Shown here piece by piece: positions 21,491 to 32,248 of a DNA stretch of 64,000 nucleotides. The position numbers were made by a program, and so were the translations under genes. The stretch covers positions 1,664,001-1,728,000 of the forward strand of contig OY763415.1 of the NCBI GenBank assembly GCA_963667565.1, given 5' to 3'. A model generated the notes under the pieces. The model did no database searches, was not told where the DNA came from, and saw nothing but the letters and a program-made list of their open reading frames with translations. Numbering within the stretch: position 1 is the first letter of the stretch; every line of letters starts with the position of its first letter. Source of the DNA: Acholeplasmataceae bacterium. GTDB taxonomy: Bacteria > Bacillota_I > Bacilli_A > Acholeplasmatales > Acholeplasmataceae.

Positions 21491-22057
21491 ATGGATTATT
21501 TATATTATGGTGGAATTGCTGCTGGTGTTATTTTAGTTATATTTATCATTGTTAAATTAACAAAGAAAAAAAGCGATTCAGATGAATTATTTGTTAAGAT
21601 TGGTGAATCTAATCCAGATAAAAACTATTATGTATTATCAGATATTTCTTTTCATGATGGTATCAGAAATGCCAAGATTGATCAACTCATCATCAATGAA
21701 TCTGGATTACATGCTATTATAGAATTTCCATATCAAGGCAAGATTACAGGACATAAAGATCAAGATATATGGACATATGAAGATAAAGGTGTTACTGATA
21801 GTTTTAAGAATCCAATGCTGGTTGTTAATAATGTCAAATTATCCATTGATAAAGTTTTAAAAAAGGATTTACCTGTTTATACTTATTGTGTATTTCCTGA
21901 AAAAGGAGAATTGCCTAACAACAGAAAACAAATGGGTTTGATATTTGATGATGAATTAAAAGTTGAAGTAAATAGACGTATGAAATCAAAGAAGAAGATA
22001 TCAGTAAGAGATGTTAAGCAGGCATTTGAGTTATTTAATCAAATGAAAGAAAGATAA
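21491..22057 (+). CDS. Membrane-anchored NERD-like protein
   Basis: N-terminal TM, KIDQLIINESGL, YQGKITG and FKNP motifs; RBS GAGGTG before ATG 21491. Confidence 0.65.
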   Translation: MDYLYYGGIAAGVILVIFIIVKLTKKKSDSDELFVKIGESNPDKNYYVLSDISFHDGIRNAKIDQLIINESGLHAIIEFPYQGKITGHKDQDIWTYEDKGVTDSFKNPMLVVNNVKLSIDKVLKKDLPVYTYCVFPEKGELPNNRKQMGLIFDDELKVEVNRRMKSKKKISVRDVKQAFELFNQMKER

Positions 22058-22058
22058 A

Positions 22059-22084
22059 GGATTGGAATCCCCCTATCTCTACCA
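22059..22084 (+). other. Degenerate tRNA/tmRNA 3'-end fragment, possible att remnant at the defence-island border
   Basis: GGATTGGAATCCCCCTATCTCTACCA resembles the T-loop/acceptor end (..TTCGAATCCC..TCTCCACCA) of tmRNA/tRNA-Ala; no 5' half is present. Confidence 0.5.
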
Positions 22085-22097
22085 TATTGAAAGCATT

Positions 22098-22129
22098 AGT
22101 CTGATACAATTAGGTATCAGGCTTTTTTT
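22098..22129 (+). terminator. Intrinsic terminator
   Basis: AGTCTGATAC-AATTAG-GTATCAGGCT-TTTTTT. Confidence 0.8.
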
Positions 22130-22377
22130 GCGCTATATAGGGGCTTTTCGGACTTTTTCAAATGTGCTTTCTACTTAAAATGCATCTAAAAAAGCAGTGA
22201 AAATAGGTATGCAAAAGAACTTTCACACGATTACATTGAAAATAACACGATTATCAATATCTTATTTTGCTCGTTTGAGAAAAAATATCAAATACCATTA
22301 ATTTATTTATAATATCTTATATTTTTTTATCAAAAGTGCTATAATAATGTTAATAATATGAAAAGGAGATAGATCCT

Positions 22378-22578
22378 ATGATATATTCAGAAAAAATCAA
22401 GTTGCTTAGGGAAAAGATGTTTGTTTCTCAAAAGGAACTTGCAGAGATAATTGGGGTTTCTTTTGTTTCTGTAAATCGTTGGGAAACAGGGAAGTTTAAT
22501 CCGACAATTAAGGCTAAGAAAAAGCTACATGAATTATTTATAAAAAACAAAATCGACCTAGAGGGGGATACAAAATGA
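22378..22578 (+). CDS. Small XRE-family HTH regulator heading the type I R-M operon
   Basis: SQKELAEIIGVSFVSVNRWETG; ATGA overlap with hsdM. Confidence 0.85.
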   Translation: MIYSEKIKLLREKMFVSQKELAEIIGVSFVSVNRWETGKFNPTIKAKKKLHELFIKNKIDLEGDTK

Positions 22579-24077
22579 TTACAGGAGATTTAAGAAATAA
22601 GATTGATAATATTTGGGAGACGTTTTGGACAGGTGGATTAGCTAATCCACTATCAGTTATTGAACAAGTTACATATCTTCTATTTATTAAGCTACTTGAC
22701 GATAATCAAGTTAAGAAAGAACGTAATGCACAGGTTTTGGGAGTTGAATCTAAAAATCTAATATTTAAATCTGGTAATTATGTTGATGAGAAAGAAAATA
22801 TTAATGAGCCATATATTAACTTAAGATGGAGCCATTTTAAGAATTTTGAGCCACAAGAATTATTTAATACAGTTAAAGACAAAGTGTTTCCTTTCATCAA
22901 ACAAATTAATAACGGGAAGGATACGGCATTTTCAAGATATATGAAAGATGCTGTATTTATGGTGCCAACACCAAGAGTATTATTAAAAGTAGTTGATGGA
23001 TTGGATGCACTAGATCTTAATAATAAAGACATCATGGGAGATGTCTATGAATATTTACTTGCTAAAATAGCATCTAGTGGTACCAATGGTCAATTTAGAA
23101 CACCGAGACACATCATTCGAATGATGGTAGAACTTATGAAGCCAACATTAAATGATGTCATAGTTGATCCAGCAATGGGTAGTGCTGGATTTGTTGTAGA
23201 GTCAGCTAGATACATTCATGAACATTATTCAAAGGAATTATTAAAAGCTGAACACCAAGAAAAATTTACTACAACAATGTTTAGTGGTTATGATACTGAT
23301 CAAACGATGCTTCGTATTGGTGCGATGAACATGATGCTTCATGGTGTTGATCAGCCAGATATTAAATATCAAGATTCGCTTTCAGAAGAAAATACAGCAG
23401 CAAATAAGTTTTCTTTAATCTTAGCCAATCCACCTTTCAAAGGTAGTTTAGATTATGAAGCTGTATCTAAAGATTTACTAGCAGTAACAAAAACAAAGAA
23501 AACTGAATTATTATTTTTAGCTGTAATGCTAAGAATGTTAAAAGTTGGCGGAAGAGCAGCTTCCATTGTTCCAGATGGAATCCTTTTTGGCTCTAGTAAT
23601 GCCCATAAAGCAATTAGAAAAGAACTTGTGGACAATCAAAAACTTGTCGCAGTTATTTCTATGCCTAGTGGTGTATTTAAACCATATGCTGGAGTTTCAA
23701 CAGCTATTATTATATTTACTAAAACAAACACAGGTGGAACAGATAAAGTTTGGTTTTATAATATGGAAGCAGATGGATTTACATTAGATGATAAGCGTAA
23801 TCCTATTGAAAATAATGACATAGAAGATATTATCAATAGATTCCATCATTTAGATCAAGAAGCAACTAGAACCAGACTTGAAAAATCTTTCTTTGTAGAT
23901 AAAAAAGACATAATTGATAATGATTATGACTTATCGATTAATAAGTATATAGAAACTGAATATGAAAAAGTAGAATATGACTCACCATCAGTCATTTTGG
24001 GTAGAATAGATACTTTGGATGAAGAGATTGAAGCATTTAAAAAAGAACTCAAATCTCTTCTAAATTTAGATTTGTAG
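22575..24077 (+). CDS. hsdM: Type I restriction-modification methyltransferase subunit M
   Basis: GQFRTPRH, DPAMGSAGF and NPPF motifs. Confidence 0.95.
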   Translation: MITGDLRNKIDNIWETFWTGGLANPLSVIEQVTYLLFIKLLDDNQVKKERNAQVLGVESKNLIFKSGNYVDEKENINEPYINLRWSHFKNFEPQELFNTVKDKVFPFIKQINNGKDTAFSRYMKDAVFMVPTPRVLLKVVDGLDALDLNNKDIMGDVYEYLLAKIASSGTNGQFRTPRHIIRMMVELMKPTLNDVIVDPAMGSAGFVVESARYIHEHYSKELLKAEHQEKFTTTMFSGYDTDQTMLRIGAMNMMLHGVDQPDIKYQDSLSEENTAANKFSLILANPPFKGSLDYEAVSKDLLAVTKTKKTELLFLAVMLRMLKVGGRAASIVPDGILFGSSNAHKAIRKELVDNQKLVAVISMPSGVFKPYAGVSTAIIIFTKTNTGGTDKVWFYNMEADGFTLDDKRNPIENNDIEDIINRFHHLDQEATRTRLEKSFFVDKKDIIDNDYDLSINKYIETEYEKVEYDSPSVILGRIDTLDEEIEAFKKELKSLLNLDL

Positions 24078-24079
24078 GG
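24062..24079 (+). repeat. Direct repeat R1, copy a (18 bp; includes hsdM stop and hsdS RBS)
   Basis: AAATTTAGATTTGTAGGG, identical at 26314-26331. Confidence 0.9.
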
Positions 24080-24086
24080 CAATCAT

Positions 24087-25286
24087 ATGATAAAAGATAT
24101 GGTTAAAAACTACTCAGAACAAATAAGAGGTGTATCTTATAAGGGTAGTGATTTACACGATTCCTTAAGTGAACAGTCAGTAGTTTTGCTAAGAGCGAAC
24201 AATATTTCCGAAAATGAGATTAATTTTGATAGTGTTGTTTATGTTGATAAATCTCGAGTTTCAGCGAAACAATACCTTCGTAAAGGTGATATAGTTGTTT
24301 GCGCATCGAGCGGAAGTAAGAATTTGGTAGGTAAAGCAGCACAAGTTAATTTTGATAAGGAAGTTACTTTTGGTGCATTTTTGAAGGTTGTAAGACCACA
24401 GAATATATTGAATGAATACTTAGGGTACTATTTTCTGAGTGATTCTTATAGAAAAACCATTTCTTCAATATCTGAAGGTGCAAATATAAACAACATTAGA
24501 AATGAACATATCGATAATTTGCCTATTGAAATTGTTAATGACAAAGAGCAACAAGAAAGATCTGGTATTTTAGAAAAAGTATATCGAATTATTAAGCATA
24601 AGAAAGAACAGCTTATAGATTATGATCAACTTATCAAATCCCGATTTGTTGAGATGTTTGGAGAGCCAATTATTAATGATAAAAACTGGAAACAAGTTAA
24701 GTTAAAAAAATTAGCACTCAAAATCATGAGTGGTAACACGCCTAAAGGTGGAAGTCAAGTTTATGTTGATGATGGGATATTGTTTTTCAGAAGCCAAAAT
24801 GTTTGGAAGAATAAAATTGAGATAGATGATATTGCATATATTGATGAAGAAACACACAGAAAAATGTCTAGGAGTAGTTTAAAACATAAAGATATATTAA
24901 TGACAAAAACCGGCAGAATTAATACTGAAAATAGTAGTTTGGGAAGAGCTGCAATGTACTTAGGAGCAGATGATAAAGCTAATATTAATGGACATGTCTA
25001 CTTGATTAGGCTAAATGAAATAGCAGCGAAAGAATTTGTATTATTCATCATAACTACAAATGAATATCGTGATTATATTCGAAGTGTTTGCGTCGGAGGA
25101 ATAGATAAACGACAGTTAAACAAAGATCATATTGAAGATTTTCCAATAATATTACCACCAAGAAGTATGCAAGACGACTTTGTTAAATTGATAAACCAGG
25201 TCGACAAATTGAAATTTGAAGTTCAGAAATCTTTAGATGAAACTCAGATGCTATTTGATTCCTTAATGCAAGAATATTTTGGTTAA
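24087..25286 (+). CDS. hsdS: Type I R-M specificity subunit S (complete copy; two TRDs)
   Basis: TRD1, conserved YDQLIKSRFVEMFG, TRD2, conserved QVDKLKFEVQKSLDETQMLFDSLMQEYFG tail. Confidence 0.93.
   Translation: MIKDMVKNYSEQIRGVSYKGSDLHDSLSEQSVVLLRANNISENEINFDSVVYVDKSRVSAKQYLRKGDIVVCASSGSKNLVGKAAQVNFDKEVTFGAFLKVVRPQNILNEYLGYYFLSDSYRKTISSISEGANINNIRNEHIDNLPIEIVNDKEQQERSGILEKVYRIIKHKKEQLIDYDQLIKSRFVEMFGEPIINDKNWKQVKLKKLALKIMSGNTPKGGSQVYVDDGILFFRSQNVWKNKIEIDDIAYIDEETHRKMSRSSLKHKDILMTKTGRINTENSSLGRAAMYLGADDKANINGHVYLIRLNEIAAKEFVLFIITTNEYRDYIRSVCVGGIDKRQLNKDHIEDFPIILPPRSMQDDFVKLINQVDKLKFEVQKSLDETQMLFDSLMQEYFG
24621..24661 (+). repeat. Direct repeat R2, copy a (41 bp; inter-TRD)
   Basis: TATGATCAACTTATCAAATCCCGATTTGTTGAGATGTTTGG; 40/41 identical to 26862-26902. 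Confidence 0.9.
25200..25221 (+). repeat. Direct repeat R3, copy a (22 bp; after TRD2)
   Basis: GTCGACAAATTGAAATTTGAAG, identical at 27399-27420. Confidence 0.9.
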
Positions 25287-25332
25287 TGAATTAAATGTTT
25301 GATATACTTTTCTATAAAAAGGAGTGTATCAA

Positions 25333-26301
25333 ATGCAAAATCAAATAGAAATTATCTTAAATGACATGAGTGATTGTTTAAGCATCACTCAAATGAAACA
25401 ATTACAAGAAACTTTAGTAAAAAGGCTCGAGTATGAAACTTTTGAAGAAGAAATCATGGAAAATAATGGATATCTAATTATGTTTTTATCAGCTAAACAA
25501 GTAGAAGGGTGTTCTAAAAGAACAATCGATTATTATCAATCAACAATAGCAAAGATGCTAAATATTATAGATATTCCAATTAGGAAGATAACAACTGAAA
25601 CAATTAGAGAATATTTAAAAGAATATCAAGCTATAAATGATTGTAGTAAGTTGACAATCGATAACATTAGACGAAATCTATCAAGTTTCTTTTCGTGGTT
25701 AGAGGAAGAAAATCACATTTTAAAGAATCCAATCAAAAGGATTAAAAAAATAAAAGCAGGCATGACTGTTAAAGAAATAATATCAGATGAAAAAATAGAG
25801 ATCATGAGGGATGCATGTACGTGTAGCAGGGATCTTGCAATAATCGATATGCTATATTCAACAGGAATTAGAGTAGGTGAGCTAGTTAATCTAGACATTA
25901 ATGATATCAACTTTCATGAGAGAGAATGTGTGGTTTACGGGAAAGGCGATAAAGAGAGAAGAGTTTATTTTGATGCAAAGACAAAATTACATTTGGAAAA
26001 GTATATAAGTGAAAGAAATGATTCTTCACAAGCTTTGTTTGTTACCTTGAACAAACCATATAATAGACTTCAAATAAGTGGAGTTGAGATTCGAATAAGG
26101 AATCACGGAAGAAGTTTAGGCTATGAAAATATACATCCACACAAATTTAGAAGAACAATGGCAACTAGAGCTATAGATAAAGGGATGCCAATTGAACAAG
26201 TCCAACAACTGCTAGGACATCAACAAATTGATACAACGATGAAATATGCGATGGTTAACCAAAACAATGTGAAAATCTCACATAAAAAGTTTATTGGCTG
26301 A
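25333..26301 (+). CDS. Tyrosine site-specific recombinase (hsdS shuffling recombinase)
   Basis: Catalytic set GIRVGEL, GKGDKER, HPHKFRR, LLGH and TMKY; lies between the two hsdS copies; RBS AAGGAG. Confidence 0.92.
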   Translation: MQNQIEIILNDMSDCLSITQMKQLQETLVKRLEYETFEEEIMENNGYLIMFLSAKQVEGCSKRTIDYYQSTIAKMLNIIDIPIRKITTETIREYLKEYQAINDCSKLTIDNIRRNLSSFFSWLEEENHILKNPIKRIKKIKAGMTVKEIISDEKIEIMRDACTCSRDLAIIDMLYSTGIRVGELVNLDINDINFHERECVVYGKGDKERRVYFDAKTKLHLEKYISERNDSSQALFVTLNKPYNRLQISGVEIRIRNHGRSLGYENIHPHKFRRTMATRAIDKGMPIEQVQQLLGHQQIDTTMKYAMVNQNNVKISHKKFIG

Positions 26302-26313
26302 TACGCTTCTTAC

Positions 26314-26331
26314 AAATTTAGATTTGTAGGG
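26314..26331 (+). repeat. Direct repeat R1, copy b
   Basis: AAATTTAGATTTGTAGGG upstream of the second hsdS. Confidence 0.9.
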
Positions 26332-26339
26332 ATGAAATT

Positions 26340-27446
26340 ATGAGAGACTACACACTAGATCAACTGTTCGATTTACAAATGGGAAAGACACCAGCCCGTG
26401 ATGATAGCAGCTACTGGTCAGATGGTATAAATGACTGGATATCTATTCGAGACTTAACAAATAGTGATAAATATATCAATAGCACAAATGAAAAAATATC
26501 AGACATTGCTTTAAAGAAAACCGGCATTAGATTAATACCCCAAAATACTGTAATAATGAGTTTTAAACTCTCTATAGGTAAGGTAGCCATAACTTCAAAA
26601 AATATGTATTCAAATGAGGCAATCATGGCTTTTCATGATAAAAAAGTTACTGAAATCATACCTGAGTATCTATATTATCTTCTCCTAGGACATAAATGGG
26701 ATGAAGGTTCAAATAAAGCAGTGATGGGTATCACTTTAAATAAAGCAACTTTATCAAAAGTTAAAATATCTATACATGACACTAATTCTCAGAACAATAT
26801 CGTATCAACTTTAAGTTTATTAGATCAACTAATAATAAATAGGAAAAAACAATTAATAGAATATGATCAACTAATCAAATCCCGATTTGTTGAGATGTTT
26901 GGTGATCCAGAATCAAATACCAAGAATTATCCTATGGTGAACCTTAGTGATATTGCTAATTATTTTAATGGTCTAACATATAGTCCAGAAAATGTGAGTG
27001 ATGAAGGAATAATTGTCTTAAGATCAAGCAATATTCAAAACTCTAAATTAGATTTCAAAGATATAGTTAGAGTTCAATTAAACGTAAAAGAAAATAAAAT
27101 TGTTAGAAAAAATGACATTTTAATGTGCTCAAGAAATGGAAGTGCAAAACTTGTTGGAAAAGTAGCATTAATAGACAATTTACCAGAAAAAATGGCATTT
27201 GGTGCATTCATGATGATTATAAGAAGTGAATATCATTCGTACTTAATGAGCTATATGCAAATGGATGCATTTAGAAGACAAATCACAACTGGTGCAACAA
27301 CTACAATTAATCAGATAACCAGTAGAATGCTTGATAATGTTAAGTTACCTCTTCCAGATATGAGTCAAGTTAAGGATTTTGAGTTACTGGTTAAACAAGT
27401 CGACAAATTGAAATTTGAAGATAATTTCTTACAATATAAAGATTGA
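26340..27446 (+). CDS. hsdS: Second hsdS cassette (two different TRDs, lacking the conserved C-terminal tail; probable donor copy)
   Basis: Shares only YDQLIKSRFVEMFG and QVDKLKFE with hsdS1, then ends DNFLQYKD* instead of the conserved tail. Confidence 0.88.
   Translation: MRDYTLDQLFDLQMGKTPARDDSSYWSDGINDWISIRDLTNSDKYINSTNEKISDIALKKTGIRLIPQNTVIMSFKLSIGKVAITSKNMYSNEAIMAFHDKKVTEIIPEYLYYLLLGHKWDEGSNKAVMGITLNKATLSKVKISIHDTNSQNNIVSTLSLLDQLIINRKKQLIEYDQLIKSRFVEMFGDPESNTKNYPMVNLSDIANYFNGLTYSPENVSDEGIIVLRSSNIQNSKLDFKDIVRVQLNVKENKIVRKNDILMCSRNGSAKLVGKVALIDNLPEKMAFGAFMMIIRSEYHSYLMSYMQMDAFRRQITTGATTTINQITSRMLDNVKLPLPDMSQVKDFELLVKQVDKLKFEDNFLQYKD
26862..26902 (+). repeat. Direct repeat R2, copy b
   Basis: TATGATCAACTAATCAAATCCCGATTTGTTGAGATGTTTGG. 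Confidence 0.9.
27399..27420 (+). repeat. Direct repeat R3, copy b
   Basis: GTCGACAAATTGAAATTTGAAG. Confidence 0.9.
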
Positions 27447-27494
27447 TATTTTAGATTAATAAAATCACATTAACATAGATAAGGAAGTGGCTTT

Positions 27495-30400
27495 ATGAAT
27501 TTTGACTATTTAAAAACCATAGAATCATTAAAGGACTTATATGTATTTTGCAAAGATGCAGAATCATTTGTTTTGTCACGTCCTGATCTGAGTGCCGGCC
27601 AATCAAGAAAAGCTCTAGAGTACCTAGTAAAACTAGTATATCAATTAAGAAACGATAATGTGCCACAACGAAGTTCTTTATTTGAACTAGTTTCGTCCGA
27701 AGACTTTACAAATTTTATCAATGATGCTTCTATGCTTAATGCATTGCACTATATTCGAAAAGTTGGAAACATAGCTATACACAATGAAGAAGTGAGTCAA
27801 AAAGAAGCACTTGTGTCTTTAAAACAACTTCATATTTTCGCTGGAGAATTACTCATCAAACTTGATTTAGTAAATGAATATCCTTTATTTGATGAACAAT
27901 TACTAGTAAAAACAACTTCATCATTACCAATTAATCAGGAAGTTGATATAAATACCACATTAGTTAACCAACTTAAATCTAAAGTAGACAAACAAACAAC
28001 GCTTGGCGTTGGTGTTAATATAAGTGAAGCTGAAACACGTAAGCTATACATCGATTTATATTTAAGAGAAGCTGGTTGGAAAGTTTTAGACAAAGAAAAT
28101 GTGAAACTTCCAGAAAAGGCTGGGATAGAAATTAAAGTACAAGGTATGCCTAATAATCAAGGCATAGGCTTTGTTGATTATGTTTTGTATGGAAGTGATG
28201 GCAAACCTTTAGCAGTTGTAGAAGCCAAGAAAACAAGTGTTTCACCTATCAAAGGAAGAGAACAAGCTCTACTATATGCTAAATGTTTACAACAAGAGTA
28301 TGGATATCTGCCAATTGTCTATTACACAAATGGATACCAGATTTGGATTATTGATCAATTAGGATATCCAGCTAGACAAATTTTTGGATTCCATAATATA
28401 AAAGAACTTGAATACTTGATGAAGCTTCGTCAAAGAGGTTCTATTAGTGATTTATCAATCAATGAATCAATCAGTGATAGACCATATCAAAAAATGGCAA
28501 TTACAAACGTTGCAGAAACCTTTAATCATAATCGAAGAAAAGCATTGCTTGTAATGGCTACAGGTACAGGAAAGACAAGAACAGCAATATCGTTAGTTGA
28601 ACTACTTGCGAGAAATCGTTGGGTTAAAAATGTGCTATTTTTAGCAGATAGAACAGCTCTAGTGACTCAAGCAAAAAGAAACTTCAACAAACTACTGCCT
28701 AACTACACCATATCTGTTTTATCTGACAAAGATAAAGAACCAGACCTAAATGCACGTTTGGTCTTTTCGACGTATCAAACGATGATTAACTTAATCGATG
28801 GTGATGATAGAACATTTGGCATTGGACGATTTGATTTAATCATTATTGATGAAGCCCATCGTTCCATATTCAATAAATATAAAGCCATCTTTACATACTT
28901 TGATTCTCTACTGGTGGGCTTAACTGCGACACCAAGAGATGAAATCGAAAGATCTACATATTCAACTTTTGATTTGGAAGAAGGATTACCGACTTATCAT
29001 TATGAGATGGAAGAAGCTGTAAGAGACCAATATTTAGTTGGTTATACCGTTCTAGACAGAACGACTAAGTTCTTAAAACAAGGTGTTAAGTACAGTGATT
29101 TATCAAAAGAGGAAAAAGAGGAATATGAAAAGACATTTTTAACTCCTGAAGGTGAATTGCCAACTGAACTAAGTGGAGCAGACTTTTTCAAGAAGATTTA
29201 CAATAATAATACTGTGGATTTAGTTTTGCAAGCACTTATGAACGAAGGTTTAAAGGTTAATAGTGGCGATTTGATTGGCAAAACAATTATATTCGCTTTT
29301 AACCATGTCCATGCGGAACTCATTGTTAAAAGATTTGAAAAATTATATCCTGAACTCGGACCTGAATATTGTAAACTAGTAGATAATTATGTGACTTATG
29401 CTCAAAATATTATTGATACATTCAGTGTAAGAGATAAGTTGCCACAAATTGCAGTATCAGTAGATATGCTTGATACAGGAATTGACGTACCAGACATTTT
29501 AAACTTGGTATTTTTTAAACGCATCTACTCTAAAATCAAATTTGTTCAAATGATTGGTAGAGGCACTCGGAAATCCGAAGATATTTTTGGCCACTTTAAA
29601 CATAAGAACCAATTCTATATCTTTGACTTCTGCGATAATTTTAGTTTCTTCGAAATGAATCCTGAAGGTAGAAAAGTGAATCAGGGATATTCAATGACTC
29701 AAAAAGTCTTTCAAATGAAACTTGATTTGTTATTTGAACTTCAAAAGCAAGAACATCAATCAAATGAGTTCCATAAAACTTATTATTTGAACATAAGAAA
29801 TGAACTCTATCAAACGGTTAGAAATTTCAATAGAGATCGTATTTTAGTAAGGGATAATATGCCATTAGTAGATAAGTATTCTGTTGAAAGTAAATGGACT
29901 TATCTATCCAAATTTGATATCCAAGAAGTAAAAAACAATCTCACATTATTAGTGGATAGTGATAAGGACATAGAATCAGCAAAAGCATTTGACTTAAAAG
30001 TGTTTTACATTATGCTATCTCTTGTTTCAGAAGATGTTGTTGCTAAAAGAGCAATAGAACAAGTAGTTAGAATTTCACAAGCACTTCTTGAAAGACTTAG
30101 TATTCCTCAAGTAGCAGAGAAAAATGATTTGTTATTAGAAGTTTTAACTCAAACTTACTGGAACAATGTCAATATAGAAACACTGGAGCACCTAAGAAAT
30201 GAAATAAGATATTTGATTCAGTACATTACAGATGAAGTTGGTATTTATTCAACTGATTTCAAGGATGAACTGATTGATCAAGGCACTAAGGATGTCAACA
30301 TTATTGATTTTAAAACATATCAAGAAAAAGTGATTGATTATCTTCTAACAAATGAAATCAATGAAACAATTATCAAGATAAAAATGTTAGATAAAATAGA

Positions 30401-30761
30401 TGCCGACGACTTAAAAGAATTAGAACGTATATTATGGCAAGAATTAGGTACCAAAGATGACTATTTCAATGTGACGAAAGAAGAAAACTTGGCAGTATTT
30501 ATTCGCAGTATTGTCGGTATCGAGCAAGAAGCGATTAATAAGAAGTTCTCAGAATATCTAAATACAAATATTTTGTCTGCAAAACAACAAGAATTTGTGA
30601 AAAGCATCATTAATTATGTTCAACAAAACGGCGATATAACGAAACAAGACTTAGTTGATAAGTCGCCGTTCAGTGATTTTGATGTTGTTGGACTTTTTGA
30701 TGATAAAATAGGTGTTTTAATACACATTATATCTTATTTACACAATAGTATTATTATTTGA
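27495..30761 (+). CDS. hsdR: Type I restriction endonuclease subunit R (EcoKI/EcoEI-like, with DUF4145-like N-terminus)
   Basis: VDYVL...VVEAKK nuclease motif; [18 protein letters not shown] and QMIGRGTR helicase motifs. Confidence 0.95.
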   Translation: MNFDYLKTIESLKDLYVFCKDAESFVLSRPDLSAGQSRKALEYLVKLVYQLRNDNVPQRSSLFELVSSEDFTNFINDASMLNALHYIRKVGNIAIHNEEVSQKEALVSLKQLHIFAGELLIKLDLVNEYPLFDEQLLVKTTSSLPINQEVDINTTLVNQLKSKVDKQTTLGVGVNISEAETRKLYIDLYLREAGWKVLDKENVKLPEKAGIEIKVQGMPNNQGIGFVDYVLYGSDGKPLAVVEAKKTSVSPIKGREQALLYAKCLQQEYGYLPIVYYTNGYQIWIIDQLGYPARQIFGFHNIKELEYLMKLRQRGSISDLSINESISDRPYQKMAITNVAETFNHNRRKALLVMATGTGKTRTAISLVELLARNRWVKNVLFLADRTALVTQAKRNFNKLLPNYTISVLSDKDKEPDLNARLVFSTYQTMINLIDGDDRTFGIGRFDLIIIDEAHRSIFNKYKAIFTYFDSLLVGLTATPRDEIERSTYSTFDLEEGLPTYHYEMEEAVRDQYLVGYTVLDRTTKFLKQGVKYSDLSKEEKEEYEKTFLTPEGELPTELSGADFFKKIYNNNTVDLVLQALMNEGLKVNSGDLIGKTIIFAFNHVHAELIVKRFEKLYPELGPEYCKLVDNYVTYAQNIIDTFSVRDKLPQIAVSVDMLDTGIDVPDILNLVFFKRIYSKIKFVQMIGRGTRKSEDIFGHFKHKNQFYIFDFCDNFSFFEMNPEGRKVNQGYSMTQKVFQMKLDLLFELQKQEHQSNEFHKTYYLNIRNELYQTVRNFNRDRILVRDNMPLVDKYSVESKWTYLSKFDIQEVKNNLTLLVDSDKDIESAKAFDLKVFYIMLSLVSEDVVAKRAIEQVVRISQALLERLSIPQVAEKNDLLLEVLTQTYWNNVNIETLEHLRNEIRYLIQYITDEVGIYSTDFKDELIDQGTKDVNIIDFKTYQEKVIDYLLTNEINETIIKIKMLDKIDADDLKELERILWQELGTKDDYFNVTKEENLAVFIRSIVGIEQEAINKKFSEYLNTNILSAKQQEFVKSIINYVQQNGDITKQDLVDKSPFSDFDVVGLFDDKIGVLIHIISYLHNSIII

Positions 30762-30793
30762 ATATTTAAAAATATTTATAGAATGAAAGATAG

Positions 30794-32248
30794 GTGAATC
30801 AAGCGATGCCAGATGTCTACCAAGTGATAGTAAACACGGTTCAAGAGAGAATAGAAAAATACCAACAAGTTCTCTCTAATATTAATATCAATGTTCAGCC
30901 ACTATTTGATTTCAATATTAATTATAAGAATGAAAGATCAATTGCTTCTTTCATTACTTATGAATTATTTGAAATTTTTAATGATTTAGGTATGACTGAT
31001 GTTAGTGTATTAAATGAGATGGATCTTCGTCTTAATAGCACTATAACGGATCAACAGATTAGTGAAATAGAATCTTGTGTAGACCAAGCATTAATTAATG
31101 CAAAGAAAAAGAAATTTATACCCGATACATTTGTAACTTTTTTAGATACTGATAATAATAGAATTTCTATTTTTGTAGAATATAAAGTTAATAGTAGCTT
31201 TAAATATCTACAACTAGCAAACGATTATATTAAATTTAAACACTATTCAATTAACAGTACAACAAAGCCTTATTTCGTATATGTGCTTTTGAATCCAAAT
31301 GATAATGGATTACTTATCACACTTAAAAATAATACTTTAACAAATCCCAAATATCAGTTAATTGATGTGACCATTAATGAACAAGCAATTGATTCTACTG
31401 CAAATATATTCATTTATAAAAATGAAGATACAAATTCAAATTTATCTGACGATCTATTAAATATTGTTGATGAGATTAATAAAAAAATGGAAGATTTCAA
31501 CTTATTAGCGTTAGATAATAGTTTTGATGAAATATTCAATTATGGTGAAAACGCTTATTATACCAACATGGGAAAGTTTGCAAGTAGAGTATTAACTTCA
31601 CAAAGAATTCGGAAGAAGTATTCTGAAATATTAAGATTATTTAATACAATCAAACAATATGAAGGTGTTATTGAAGTACCTGAAGATTCGTTCATCACAC
31701 TCGAAGATTTCAAATCAGATAGTATCAATACAGATTTCTTTATAGAAAAGCTAACACGTTATTTTAATAATCAAATAAGAAATCAAACAAGCGAGGATGA
31801 AAATGATATAAATAATGCTGAATTTAGTTATAGTAGAAAAAGAGCTCTATGGATTCAAATGCTATTGCAAAAATTCTCTGAAGATTTTAGTGAAACATAT
31901 GAACTTGTTCATTATTATGATCCAAAAGAAAGAGAGGACTCAATAGGTATTTTTGAGAGACTTCAATCTGCCTATAATGGACACTACAAGAAAAACTTCA
32001 ATCAATTAGCATTAGGTTTAATATATTACATAGTTCAATTATATAAAGCGCTATTTAGTCTAAATGAGAATAAACTAGAATATAAAAAAGAATTTTTAGC
32101 TTATGAAATCAAATCATCTATATTAAAACAAATTAAAAAATATAGAAAAACAATTGGCCTTTCAAGAATTTTAATTGACTGGGATTCTAATATATTAGAT
32201 CAAGGTAAAGAAATACTGGTACAAGTTTTAAGTGACTTGAAAATGTGA
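30794..32248 (+). CDS. Hypothetical protein with PD-(D/E)xK nuclease-like motif
   Basis: IPDTF...IFVEYKV...QLANDY; located directly after hsdR. Confidence 0.55.
   Translation: MNQAMPDVYQVIVNTVQERIEKYQQVLSNININVQPLFDFNINYKNERSIASFITYELFEIFNDLGMTDVSVLNEMDLRLNSTITDQQISEIESCVDQALINAKKKKFIPDTFVTFLDTDNNRISIFVEYKVNSSFKYLQLANDYIKFKHYSINSTTKPYFVYVLLNPNDNGLLITLKNNTLTNPKYQLIDVTINEQAIDSTANIFIYKNEDTNSNLSDDLLNIVDEINKKMEDFNLLALDNSFDEIFNYGENAYYTNMGKFASRVLTSQRIRKKYSEILRLFNTIKQYEGVIEVPEDSFITLEDFKSDSINTDFFIEKLTRYFNNQIRNQTSEDENDINNAEFSYSRKRALWIQMLLQKFSEDFSETYELVHYYDPKEREDSIGIFERLQSAYNGHYKKNFNQLALGLIYYIVQLYKALFSLNENKLEYKKEFLAYEIKSSILKQIKKYRKTIGLSRILIDWDSNILDQGKEILVQVLSDLKM

Noticed and set aside
22059..22084. 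Intact tRNA gene
   Set aside because: Only a degenerate 3' end is present; the upstream sequence is the NERD coding region, so no cloverleaf can form.
25333..26301. Prophage/ICE integrase or integron integrase
   Set aside because: No phage or conjugation genes and no attC-like cassette array seen; its position between the hsdS repeats explains it.
24087..27446. Classical invertible (inverted-repeat) hsdS shufflon
   Set aside because: Both hsdS copies and all repeat spacers are in direct orientation, so simple inversion is not possible.
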